From: Wickerhamiella versatilis
Lineage: Eukaryota
Direction of reading: 5' to 3'
Length of the DNA stretch: 64,000 nt
Assembly (NCBI GenBank): GCA_030867685.1
Contig: JAQOWU010000001.1
Span: 930,001-994,000, forward strand
Shown here: piece after piece, positions 31,106-41,504 of the stretch
Layout: each line of letters begins with the position of its first letter
How positions within the stretch are numbered: position 1 is the first letter of the stretch
Program-made: the position numbers and the translations under genes
Notes under the pieces: model-generated
The model's input: only the letters and a program-made list of their open reading frames with translations
Database searches by the model: none
Told to the model about the DNA's origin: nothing

Positions 31106-33556
31106 TCAGTAAAATGACTCGAGCAGCTTTGTTCGAGCCACATTTATCATCCGAGTAATGGCGGAGGTGAAATTATCATACGACAGGTATGAAGATAATC
31201 CTTTATACGAGTCCTGTATCGAGCTCTGAGGAAGCTCAATTGTATGGTTGAGTCTAATATCCCTAGAGTTTGCGGCCGCAGACACAATAAATGAGCCTTC
31301 GGGCACAACCCAACTTTGAGACGTCACATTCCAAATCGAAAAGCTCTTGTGGGACAAGGTTATCGTAGTCTCTCTAACCTCCCCTGGAGGTATATTGTGG
31401 ATTTTTTCAAAGCCCCGAAGAACCCATGGCGGCTCTCCTGATGTTTCCGGATAATGAACATATACTTGAACAATTTCGCTACCCACAACATGACCCGTGT
31501 TTTTGACTGCTACCTTAACTGTTGCTGCAACATCATAAAGTCGGGGATCGCTCGAATTCCAATTCAAAGTTGGGTCAAAGCTACATTTTAAGCCAATCGA
31601 CTGGTATTCAAATGTGGTGTAGCTCAATCCGAACCCAAAAGGAAATTGGGGCTCGATTCCTTCCGCATCAAAGCGGCGGTAGTCAAGAAGTAACCCATCA
31701 TCAAATACGGACTTGGGGTCAATTACGGGATCAGACATCGGTTTTATGAAGTCTGAATCATCTTTTGCAATGGTATATGGCAGTTTCCCAGAAGGAGAGG
31801 TATCTCCGAACAGAATTGGCACCAAAGAGGCACCGCTCTGATCGCCAGGGACATATGCATTCAGAACAGCGGTCACGTTTGGATGCTCAATCCAATCAGA
31901 GACAATTGGCGGGTTAGTCGCATGAATAACAACAATAGTATTACTGCATTGAGAGGCAACTTGTTTTATAAGCTCATCACCATTGTTAGCGAGATGAAGA
32001 GTATCCAAATCCAAACCCTCGGTGGATTTTATTGATACGAAGACTATGGCAGTGTCAGAATATCCAAGAGTTCTATTAAAGGCGCTGAAACCGATTGTAT
32101 TTAGCACAGGACTCTCCAGATAGCCCTCATTCTCAAGGTCGTACACCACTGTGCCACCATTGGCAAATACCCGGTTGCTAATAGCTTCTAATGGGGTAAC
32201 AACGCGCGCGGAGGTCGAGCAGCCTGAGCCACCGCCGGTCCATATAGTCCCGTTGTTGATAGAGTCGAAGGGACAGGCGTCAAACGGGTTGGGACAATTT
32301 GGTCCATATGGAGAAGGTCCGGCATCAGTCCCAAAAATTCCCAGCGCCGATTTGTTTGACAGCGGTAGACCACCATTGTTTTTGAGCATAGTGATAGCAG
32401 CTGTCCCAACCTCCCGAGTTATCTCACTGTGGTTTCCAGTGACATCGAATAGTGGATTCACCAAGTGACCGTTATAGTATTTCTCAGCGGTTGTGCTATT
32501 GAATTTAGTCACAGGATCCCATTTGTCTTGCTCCAGTTTATAAAATGGAGTAAAAACTCGCAAAATCGCGTCGTCAAGTCTACACTCAGGCACCGTTCCA
32601 TTTTTAACCATTTGAAGAAGGCTGGAGCCCCAGAGCTCGCCGTTGATGGTGTTACTCTCACCGCCCGGCATATCCATATCGCAGCCGGCCAAGATAGCCT
32701 CCTTCGTGGACTGTAAAGCGCCCCAGTCAGAGACTACATAACCCTCAAATTTAAGTTCCCTCTTCAAAATTTTCGACAAGGTATCGGAATTCTCGCAGCT
32801 TTGAATCCCGTTTACACGATTATATGAGCACATAACAGACGACGTGCCAGCGCGCACTGCATCTGCAAATGCCCAAGTGTAGATTTCATGAATTGAGCGG
32901 TCATCGATAATTGAATCTATCTGTAGCTGATGCCCTGACGAAAAAGGATCGGATGCAGCTTTTTCGGCGAATGTGAAGGGATTTCGAAAGGTTTCTTGCT
33001 CGTATCCAAGAAAGTGCTTACAATTTGTCTGCACTCCTTGACCTTCAATGGCCTGAACTGCAATATAGCTCAATTCACCAGTGAGTACTGGATCTGTGCC
33101 AAAGTTTTCAAAAATACGACCATTGAAGGCTGAGCGGCCCTGCGGACCTCCTGTAACAGGACCTAGCATTACATGAATACCTTTCTCCCGGTTTTCTACG
33201 CCCATTGCCTCGAAGTGCTGCCGAGTAAGATTTCTATCCCACGTAGCCGCTAATGTCAACTGTGGCGCAAATCCACTAGTACCAAGTACATGCCGAGGAC
33301 CTGCAGGGCCATCTTGGTACAGAATAGTACCAATATTCAATCTCTCAATGGGTGCAATGTTTCCAGAGGCCCCGAGAAAAGGTGTTCCCGTCACCAGGCC
33401 TACCTTTTCTTCTAATGACAATTCCTTCAGCAGATGTAGTGCTTTGGGATGAGGACGCATTATATCTGGCGCAATTGTGGACTTATCATTATCCACAAAT
33501 GGGCCCTGTGCGAGAGTAGCTGCGAAATTAAACCATACTGGATGTAGTATACGCAT
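31106..33556 (-). CDS. Glycoside hydrolase family 3 beta-glucosidase, probably secreted
   Basis: QDGPAG, GRIFENF, KHF, MCSYNRVNG, VVSDWG (nucleophile Asp), PSGKLPYT, FPFGFGLSYT, Fn3-like C-terminus. First ATG at 33556. Confidence 0.95.
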   Translation of the reverse strand: MRILHPVWFNFAATLAQGPFVDNDKSTIAPDIMRPHPKALHLLKELSLEEKVGLVTGTPFLGASGNIAPIERLNIGTILYQDGPAGPRHVLGTSGFAPQLTLAATWDRNLTRQHFEAMGVENREKGIHVMLGPVTGGPQGRSAFNGRIFENFGTDPVLTGELSYIAVQAIEGQGVQTNCKHFLGYEQETFRNPFTFAEKAASDPFSSGHQLQIDSIIDDRSIHEIYTWAFADAVRAGTSSVMCSYNRVNGIQSCENSDTLSKILKRELKFEGYVVSDWGALQSTKEAILAGCDMDMPGGESNTINGELWGSSLLQMVKNGTVPECRLDDAILRVFTPFYKLEQDKWDPVTKFNSTTAEKYYNGHLVNPLFDVTGNHSEITREVGTAAITMLKNNGGLPLSNKSALGIFGTDAGPSPYGPNCPNPFDACPFDSINNGTIWTGGGSGCSTSARVVTPLEAISNRVFANGGTVVYDLENEGYLESPVLNTIGFSAFNRTLGYSDTAIVFVSIKSTEGLDLDTLHLANNGDELIKQVASQCSNTIVVIHATNPPIVSDWIEHPNVTAVLNAYVPGDQSGASLVPILFGDTSPSGKLPYTIAKDDSDFIKPMSDPVIDPKSVFDDGLLLDYRRFDAEGIEPQFPFGFGLSYTTFEYQSIGLKCSFDPTLNWNSSDPRLYDVAATVKVAVKNTGHVVGSEIVQVYVHYPETSGEPPWVLRGFEKIHNIPPGEVRETTITLSHKSFSIWNVTSQSWVVPEGSFIVSAAANSRDIRLNHTIELPQSSIQDSYKGLSSYLSYDNFTSAITRMINVARTKLLESFY

Positions 33557-34076
33557 GACTAATCGCAATTTAGACCAATCCTTGCCCCAAGTAATTTGCT
33601 GTTACTTAATCGCTTGACAGACATCATCATTTGTGCCAACCTGTGTTCGTCGCGAAGAGAAAAGAATAAAAAATAGTGTAATTCACAAACAAGCAACATG
33701 ATATTTCCAGAAGTTTATTTCGACAGCTATACCAAGTTGCACGAGACCGCGATGATTTGCCTTAATTCATCACCCTTCCATCTAAAAATGACAATACACG
33801 ATATCACGTCATACGATATGCAGGAACAAGTGAATTTAGGTTCAAAAAAATACTTTAGTAGTCGTCAAAAGATTTAGAGATATTGTTGTACGTACTTCGA
33901 ATATCTAACTACATAGTTATATCCTCAACAGGGTCTTCATGAACAATGTAAATGACTTGGCGCGCACATGAAAGAGTTCGGTCAGGTCACATGATATCGC
34001 CTGCAACGCTTATCTGAGCTCTATATATGTAACGTGGGAAACGCGCGTATAGAACTAAAGTTAAACTTTAATTATA

Positions 34077-36740
34077 ATGATTCCGGGATCTGTGGTCTAT
34101 GAAACCTCAGAAAGGAAACAAGCCGACGCTGAAATCAAGGATGCAACTGTGTTGTCAGAAAACGAATCCCCGACTCTTGGTCATGGACTCACGGTGTTGG
34201 AGGACATTGGCATAACTGATGAGGATTTGGAAATAATTCTAGAGCATCTTGACGATCTCACTTTTGATGAATGGCTGGAAATTCTGCAGCGCGCTGTCGA
34301 GTACCATAGTGATGATATCTGCCTTGCTATAAACCGTCGAGACTTCCTGGCTGAATTAGCCAGAGGACCACTTGCTGGGCAAAATGATGCTGATTGGAAG
34401 TATGTCGTTAAATTTGAATCCTACTTAATCCACAACTGGTCCATATATCCAGAGGTGCGTGCTGCTACTCGTCCGATTCATGATCGCAGTGAGGATCTAG
34501 AATACAACACGTTCCGGGCTTATCTTCTAGGAATACTCTGGGCATGCGCGGCATGTACATTGGATACTTTTTTCTCGGTTAGATTTCCGTCTATATCTAT
34601 TGGCTCTGGCGCTGTGGAGCTTTTAATCGCGATCTCGGGCCAGCTTTACTCAAGGCTACCCCGTATTGCAGTCCCATTATTCCGCGGACGTAGATTCGTT
34701 ATCAATACTGGAGAAGTTTGGAGCTTCAAAGAGCAAATGCTAGCATCTTTGATCATGCTGGTATCTCTTGGTTCGCCTTACAGTCAGGATGTAATTTTAG
34801 CGTTTGCTAACTCCAATTTCTTCGGGTATAGTCAAGCAGGAACTTTTGGATTTACGTTTATTCTCACATTGAGCACAGCAACTCTTGGATTTGGTGTGGC
34901 AGGGATACTTAGGGCATTCAATGTATATCCTGTGAAAATGGTATGGTTCGATACTCTTCCAACAATAACTATGAGTCGTACCCTGGTAAAACCTGAGGTA
35001 AGAAAAAAAGTCGATGGATGGATACTTAAACGTTATGAATTTTTCTGGCTCTTCGGGTGGATCTGGTTTGGTTGGTATTGGATCACGAACTTTGTATTCG
35101 GGGCACTTTCATATTTCTCGTGGATTAGCTGGATCTCTCCCGACAACACCAACCTCCAGGCAATTACTGGTATGCAATCAGGCCTAGGACTTAACCCCCT
35201 CACCACTTTTGACACCAATGTGATTGGCTTCTCAATAGTCATGACTCCTTTGTTCGCAGTAAACTCAGCATTCCTAGGAGTATTCTTCTCTTTTTTTGCA
35301 GCAATAATTATCTGGTATACAAATGTTCGGTATACAGGATTCCTACCGATCAATACGAATGCCCTCTTTGATAATGAGGGCTCACCCTATAATATCTCTG
35401 CAGTTCTTAACCCAAAGACGTTGAGATTGGAACAAGAGAAATATCAAGAATACTCACTTCCATACTATTCTGCGGGTAATCTTGTTAATTATGGAGTTGA
35501 ATTCATGCTTTATCCAGCTGTCATAGTGTATTCTCTCATACGCTACTGGAGGTTATATATTGAGAGCTACTTAGCTTTTGTGAAAGGTATTCTCAACCCT
35601 AAGAAACTTCTGACATCATTTGACGATCGTTTCAGCCGTGAAATGAGTAAGTATAAGGAAGCACCAGAATGGTGGTACTCGCTTGTAATGCTTATCTCAC
35701 TGGCCCTTTCAATTGTGACGGTACGCTACTTTGAGTTCACCCAATGCCCAGTTTGGACCATATTTCTGGCAATTGGGTTGGGTTTCATCTTTGTTATCCC
35801 AGCAAATACTCTTCGTGCACGAACTACGAATTTTTTCGGAATCAACGTGCTGATAGAAATAATTCTTGGATATGCCATGCCTGGAAATGCACCGGCTTTA
35901 ATGGTTGCGAAAGCCTACGGAACTATGTTTGGCACCCAGGCAGATAACTGGAATGACCAACAGAAAATTGCACATTATTCAGGGATATCACCAAGATCGA
36001 TCTTTTTTGCCCAGATCATCTCCGTTATTGCGACAAGTCTGTGCCAATCAGGAATTGTTTACTGGCAAGCTTCGGGCGCCTTAGATGTTTTTGATGAAAA
36101 TGCAAATAACCTTTTTTGCACAAGACACGATCCACGGAAATTTCAGTGCCAAGGAGTACGTACTTACTTTAACGCTGCAGTCCAGTTTGGGACGATTGGC
36201 CCTAGAAGACTATTCAACGGTACTTATCCGTCCCTGAAATGGTGCTTTCTCATCGGTGCACTTTTCCCCCTACCATTCTGGCTCTTGCGCTATGCTCTGC
36301 CTAAACTGGCTGGTCGTTTTGAGAAGGGCACCTATGCCCATAGGTTCTTCAGGGCTGAGTGGCTTAAGTCCTTTGATGAGCTTGTATTTCTCACGAATGC
36401 TTCTTCATGGGCACCAAACAACTGGTTCTATGTGCTTCCATCATATGAGTTTGCTTGGTTATTTCACTATCTTGTGAAGTTGAGATATCCGCAATGGTGG
36501 ACAAAATATGCATTGAATCTCATTAATGCTGAGAGCACTGGAGTTAGTTTCTCGGAACTAATTATGTTTTTTGCAACAAGTTATAATCATATAGCTGAGA
36601 TCGATTGGTGGGGCAATGAGGTTTATAACAATAACGCCGATGCTAATGAGGCTGCAGTGCGGCTGACCCCTGATGATCTTCCAATCAGGAGCGATGGTGG
36701 CAAGTACTTCGGTCCATTACGCGGAAACCTTCCTAATTAA
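34077..36740 (+). CDS. Oligopeptide transporter (OPT family)
   Basis: SIYPEVRA (SPYxEVR variant), WSFKEQM, GLGLNP, YKEAPEWWY, GTIGPRRLF, IDWWGN. Confidence 0.93.
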   Translation: MIPGSVVYETSERKQADAEIKDATVLSENESPTLGHGLTVLEDIGITDEDLEIILEHLDDLTFDEWLEILQRAVEYHSDDICLAINRRDFLAELARGPLAGQNDADWKYVVKFESYLIHNWSIYPEVRAATRPIHDRSEDLEYNTFRAYLLGILWACAACTLDTFFSVRFPSISIGSGAVELLIAISGQLYSRLPRIAVPLFRGRRFVINTGEVWSFKEQMLASLIMLVSLGSPYSQDVILAFANSNFFGYSQAGTFGFTFILTLSTATLGFGVAGILRAFNVYPVKMVWFDTLPTITMSRTLVKPEVRKKVDGWILKRYEFFWLFGWIWFGWYWITNFVFGALSYFSWISWISPDNTNLQAITGMQSGLGLNPLTTFDTNVIGFSIVMTPLFAVNSAFLGVFFSFFAAIIIWYTNVRYTGFLPINTNALFDNEGSPYNISAVLNPKTLRLEQEKYQEYSLPYYSAGNLVNYGVEFMLYPAVIVYSLIRYWRLYIESYLAFVKGILNPKKLLTSFDDRFSREMSKYKEAPEWWYSLVMLISLALSIVTVRYFEFTQCPVWTIFLAIGLGFIFVIPANTLRARTTNFFGINVLIEIILGYAMPGNAPALMVAKAYGTMFGTQADNWNDQQKIAHYSGISPRSIFFAQIISVIATSLCQSGIVYWQASGALDVFDENANNLFCTRHDPRKFQCQGVRTYFNAAVQFGTIGPRRLFNGTYPSLKWCFLIGALFPLPFWLLRYALPKLAGRFEKGTYAHRFFRAEWLKSFDELVFLTNASSWAPNNWFYVLPSYEFAWLFHYLVKLRYPQWWTKYALNLINAESTGVSFSELIMFFATSYNHIAEIDWWGNEVYNNNADANEAAVRLTPDDLPIRSDGGKYFGPLRGNLPN

Positions 36741-37098
36741 TAATGGGACTCTTCCGCGACACAAACTAATGTATCCATCTGCCATATATAGAGTCATGGA
36801 TACTACTTTTGCTTTTGCGATTTGAATTGTTGGAAGTTTAGTGAGATCCACATAAGTAATATTAACTTGATTATAGTCCAAAGCTCAGTGGGCAAATCTT
36901 TTAAAGGATTGTTACCAACGTATGTGCCGATGAAAAGCAGTGGTCTATATTTTTTGTCTCATTCGAAACAACTAGTAGAACGAGAACAGAAATAGGTATT
37001 TTTACTTCCATTTATAAACCAAGTTATTACATCGGTGACTAAAATACAAATTGCATGTATATTGTAGATCTATCAAATGCAGCACATATTTCTATTAT

Positions 37099-37656
37099 CT
37101 AGTGTTGAAGCTGCATGAGCTGCGTGTTGGCATTGGTTAGGGCATTGATCTTGTTGTCACTAACATGGTAATCCTTGGATGCCATGTCATTCAGCTTGCC
37201 AATGGCTTCTGAGAGATCCTTGACACCACCGTCGGTGATCATGTCAATAGCACCACCACCGATGTTACCGATCAGAACCTCCACACCGTTTGTCACCGAC
37301 TGGAAGAAGTCGCCGAGGAGGAAGTTACCAATGTCCTTGTTGAGGCCAAGAGAGGCATAGGTCAACATCTTGGAGTCTGTGAGCATACCAAGCACGTTGT
37401 CAATCTGAGAGTCTGTACCAGTGATCAAGGCATTGAGGGAGCTGGCAACGGCATGACCATCACCAGATTTGATCTGGCCAGCAAGTGTGTCAATGACTTG
37501 TTTCGAGTTAGTGATAGCATTGTGAAGGCCAGCCATATTGGGATTCGAGTTAGTATCATAATCGCTTTGATCGAAGCAGTCCTCGACAGTGTTGTCGAAA
37601 GTTGAGGGAGTGCTGACGGCGTGTGAAACGAGGAGAGAAAGAACGGCAAATTGCAT
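37099..37656 (-). CDS. Secreted 185-aa protein of unknown function (paralog B)
   Basis: Signal peptide; colinear without gaps with 18519-19076. Confidence 0.85.
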   Translation of the reverse strand: MQFAVLSLLVSHAVSTPSTFDNTVEDCFDQSDYDTNSNPNMAGLHNAITNSKQVIDTLAGQIKSGDGHAVASSLNALITGTDSQIDNVLGMLTDSKMLTYASLGLNKDIGNFLLGDFFQSVTNGVEVLIGNIGGGAIDMITDGGVKDLSEAIGKLNDMASKDYHVSDNKINALTNANTQLMQLQH

Positions 37657-38319
37657 GATGATCTGAATATGAAATTGGTTCGTTTACCGAGATATTTAAG
37701 GATTCATCTAATAAATGAGTATATTGAAATGAAACAAATTTCTTAATAATTTAAACTTTTAAGTTGAATAGCCTATGCTCGTCTCGAAAGATAATTAAAT
37801 ACTTAGTAATAATACTCTTCTATAGATTCGGTATAATGCTGGGTCTATTAATTTCTTAGCATAACTCGTACTACTATAAGTATTGTCCAGTAAGTCTTTT
37901 AGAATAATAATTTGTTGTAGAAGGGGCTCTGGAAAAAAAACCTAACATTTAGGTATTGTTAGTCGCCCCAGGAAAATTATGAATTCTATTTTAGCACTGC
38001 AACATCAAGCAGCCTTCAAAGGGAATAGAACACCCTATGTAAAAAACCATGTATAAACTGAAAAAGGAAAGACTTATCACTAGAAGCAAAATTTTATTTA
38101 TCCAAGAATTGTCCATTAAGGTTGTGCTGTGGGTTCAGGTGACCGGGGGTTGCCTAGGGCAAAGTGTATATATCGAGTTTTCTAACCTGCTCGAAATAAT
38201 TTAATTACAGACATGTTACTCACATTCAAGCTAAGGTTGAAACCAACTCTTCTAATGTTCAATTTTGTCATCTGGTAATATTGTGATTCTTTACTTTACT
38301 ATCGATCGTATATGTAAGG

Positions 38320-39135
38320 ATGGCATTACATAAATTCTTCTTTTACATGGCCGGGGTCAGTAGAATCATTTGTGCAGTGATAACAGGCATTCACTATGCC
38401 TATTGTTCCTCTTGGTCTGTTCGTCCGGGTACAAATGAAATTTTCCAGTATAGCGTGCTTAATGCCTTAGATATTGGAGAAGCTGAAGACGGAATCGTGT
38501 CTTCATCTTTATCTGCCGAAGGCTCTATTGGGCTAGGCGCATGGTATAAAATGGACGGCGAGCTTATTATGATTGATGGTATAGTCTATGAAATGCTTGG
38601 TAACGGTAGTGTGGCCGTCGCACCAGATAACCGTACGATCCCATACGCAAGTGCGACATTTTTCAAGGGACAACGACGTTTATTAAATCAGACAATAGAC
38701 GCCAATAATACACTTGAAGATGCATTGAATAGAATGTTCCCAAACAAAAAGAACAACTTCATTTCATACGTTATTGACGGCCATTTTCCGCATATCAAAG
38801 CACGTGCTACAGGTGGACAAAAATATCCGGGAGAAAACCTCACTTCTGTCGGCTCCGATCAGAACGTTTTCAGCTTTCATAATGCTACGGGCACCATGGT
38901 CGGATTCAAGAGCCCTTATCCGTGGCAAGATATTAAGGTATTAGGTGAGCATACGCACTACATCAGTGCAGATCGGAAACAAGGAGGACATGTCCTCGAC
39001 ATGACTGGAAGTGAAGTTACTATTGAAGCTGCTCTTGCTCCCAGCATTCGAATAGTACTACCCACTACAGACGCATTCAATGAGGCCGATCTCAACTTTA
39101 CTGATAGTGCTATCACCAAAGTTGAGAATAACTAG
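38320..39135 (+). CDS. Alpha-acetolactate decarboxylase family protein with N-terminal signal/anchor
   Basis: FQYS..NAL, GLG...MDGELIMIDG, HxH...GGH Zn ligands (GEHTHYISADRKQGGHVLD), C-terminal Glu (KVE). Confidence 0.88.
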   Translation: MALHKFFFYMAGVSRIICAVITGIHYAYCSSWSVRPGTNEIFQYSVLNALDIGEAEDGIVSSSLSAEGSIGLGAWYKMDGELIMIDGIVYEMLGNGSVAVAPDNRTIPYASATFFKGQRRLLNQTIDANNTLEDALNRMFPNKKNNFISYVIDGHFPHIKARATGGQKYPGENLTSVGSDQNVFSFHNATGTMVGFKSPYPWQDIKVLGEHTHYISADRKQGGHVLDMTGSEVTIEAALAPSIRIVLPTTDAFNEADLNFTDSAITKVENN

Positions 39136-39215
39136 CACCTTAGCGGTAAGATTAAGCATCCCTATACTACCTTGATAAAACCAGGATATCATGCAGCAGA
39201 GTCCGTAATTTCGGC

Positions 39216-41306
39216 CTAGGTAAAATTTCTGGGAATGGTAGTGTTCCATTCTTTCTCAAATACCAAGTCATTATTTTCATAGGCCCAAATTTTGTTGTAA
39301 AGAAAAAAGCTGTTCTCGTCAGCACGCATAGAAGACTTTGTATTCAACTTCACGTTCCATTCATTCCTACCCAGTGTCAGTTCCCAGTCACATTGATTAT
39401 ATGCAGAAAGAGGGTCATTTTCCGTGATTTTCCAGAGATTTTTGTTCCAAGATCCAAGCTTCATATTATTCTCCACTATCCTTCGCTCTCCCTCATCGGA
39501 CATGTCATCTATAGCCCATTCCCCAGTGATGTAGTCGTATATAACTTTTCTTTCTCTATCCTCATCTCTCAAAATCTCTCTCGCCATTGGCGCCAATGAT
39601 TCTGGACCGGGCAACGAGTGGCGCGGTATTATTTCCTCATCACCCAAAACTGGAAGTTCAATCCATGAGTCACTAAAAATCGTAATTACTGGGGTCTTAG
39701 GAAGCGGCCAGACAGACGGCCAGTCAGTTGGACTCAGTGAGAGCCTAAGTATATGGCCTTCAGCAAGAACGTATCCAACCGCATCAAGTTGTATTGAGAA
39801 GTCGTACTTCTCACCTGGGGTTAGCTTCTTAGGAAACTCATGGTTACCCAACAGGTGTGAGAGATTTGCAGTGCCCCAGGAAATCAAAGAGTTTTCGTTG
39901 GTTGTCAGATCCACGTCTACAAGCCGCACAGTTAGGTTTGCAAGATTCGTATTCACTGACATTTTGATATGAGCTATGGGAAACCCAAATAACTTGGTTT
40001 CTTTTTTTACAATCCCATCGAAAGTTAAACATTTAGCATCCTCTATTTTTTGATCGGCAGGAAAGTCGCCATCTTGGCCAAAGGGGCACCAAGTACCTCT
40101 TAAGAGACCATGTTCCTGTGACCCAGTGAAGTCTTGTGAGCCATGAGTTGGCTCTCCGTTCAATCTCCCACTCGAGACATCAAAATAATATGTTTTTTTG
40201 CTAGACGGTTTGACGGATGACCTCTTTATCCATTCGCCATCTCTTCGTTCGTATGAATCGCGTATAGAGCTGGGCTCCTGTATGTACGCGTTTATTTTAC
40301 CAAGTGTATGGAGATCGAAATCCAGCGGAACATTGAGAGCGGAAAGTGCCTTGGAGTGGATTTCTGGGCTATCAGTGAGGTATTTTGTAAACCACATGAC
40401 CACAATCTGATTGTATCCCAATCCTGGATATGGAGTAGCTACCTCGGGAAATTCATGGACCCACGGCCCAATGATGCCTTTTGATTCGGGATTGGGTAAT
40501 TTATCCACTAGGCGAAACACTGCATTGGTATATCCGTCACGCCAACCACCAATGGCAAGCACAGGGATGTCAACCTTGCTATAGTCCTCACATATAGAAC
40601 CGTGTTTCCAAAAGCCATCTCGTGTTTGATGGCTCATCCAGTCGATGACATTGGGGGAAGTATTTAGTCGTTCAAACCAATTTTTGCGCCATCCGGGTCG
40701 CACTTCAGGATCCTGTGGCCGAGCGTTATAGGGAAACATGGTGCTGGCCCACCACAGCATATCTGACGCGAGAATACAGCCACCACGGTAATGGACGTCA
40801 TCAGAGTATCGATCATCAGTTGAACAAACAGAGATAACTGATTTAAGTGCCGGATGACGATGATATGCCACCTGTAACCCATTGAACCCACCCCAGGACT
40901 TGCCCACTTGGCCTATTTTTCCGTTTGACCATGGCTGCTTTACGATCCAGTCAAAAACAGCAAGATTATCTTCCTGCTCCTGGGGAAGATATTCACCTTC
41001 GAGAACACCATCCGAGTCACCACTTCCCCGCATATCCACACGCATAGATGCTATTCCATAACCTGCATAGTAAGGATGTCGAATGGAGTCACGAATCGCA
41101 GTAAACTCGTTTTTGCGATAAGGTAGGTATTCGACAATAGTTCCAATACTTACGCCTTCCTCCACCTTTGGCATCCATATATGTGCATACAGCAGAGAAC
41201 CGTCGTGGGCAGGAATTGGAACATTGGAGACCTTGTGCACCTCATAGGGTAAATCCTTAAGCTCGACGGTTCTACGCTGATCTGATTCAGTTATGTTGAA
41301 TACCAT
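39216..41306 (-). CDS. CocE/NonD (peptidase S15) family serine hydrolase, bacterial type
   Basis: EYLPYRK, VDMRGSGDSDG, QPWSNG, GKSWGG nucleophile, GGWRDGY, IGPWVH, PepX C-terminal domain. Confidence 0.92.
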   Translation of the reverse strand: MVFNITESDQRRTVELKDLPYEVHKVSNVPIPAHDGSLLYAHIWMPKVEEGVSIGTIVEYLPYRKNEFTAIRDSIRHPYYAGYGIASMRVDMRGSGDSDGVLEGEYLPQEQEDNLAVFDWIVKQPWSNGKIGQVGKSWGGFNGLQVAYHRHPALKSVISVCSTDDRYSDDVHYRGGCILASDMLWWASTMFPYNARPQDPEVRPGWRKNWFERLNTSPNVIDWMSHQTRDGFWKHGSICEDYSKVDIPVLAIGGWRDGYTNAVFRLVDKLPNPESKGIIGPWVHEFPEVATPYPGLGYNQIVVMWFTKYLTDSPEIHSKALSALNVPLDFDLHTLGKINAYIQEPSSIRDSYERRDGEWIKRSSVKPSSKKTYYFDVSSGRLNGEPTHGSQDFTGSQEHGLLRGTWCPFGQDGDFPADQKIEDAKCLTFDGIVKKETKLFGFPIAHIKMSVNTNLANLTVRLVDVDLTTNENSLISWGTANLSHLLGNHEFPKKLTPGEKYDFSIQLDAVGYVLAEGHILRLSLSPTDWPSVWPLPKTPVITIFSDSWIELPVLGDEEIIPRHSLPGPESLAPMAREILRDEDRERKVIYDYITGEWAIDDMSDEGERRIVENNMKLGSWNKNLWKITENDPLSAYNQCDWELTLGRNEWNVKLNTKSSMRADENSFFLYNKIWAYENNDLVFEKEWNTTIPRNFT

Positions 41307-41504
41307 TATAGTCCTTCACCCAAAGTTTTCTGGTACCCAATAGCAGTCAACATTACATAAACGCTATCAATTCCTCTGATAAATGGCCAGTTGTTGCCTC
41401 TCCTCGCTTGCGGAACGGTAGTCGAATGGGTGATTACTAATACAGTCCATTCTTATCTCTCCATTAGAAGTGACGGATGTACTCCGACGGCGTTTAAGGC
41501 AGTA
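41307..41504. promoter_or_regulatory. 198-bp bidirectional promoter with CGG/CCG triplets
   Basis: Lies between divergent ATGs at 41306 and 41505; CGG at 41411, 41416, 41474, 41488 and CCG at 41484 (CGG-N7-CCG at 41474-41486). Confidence 0.5.
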
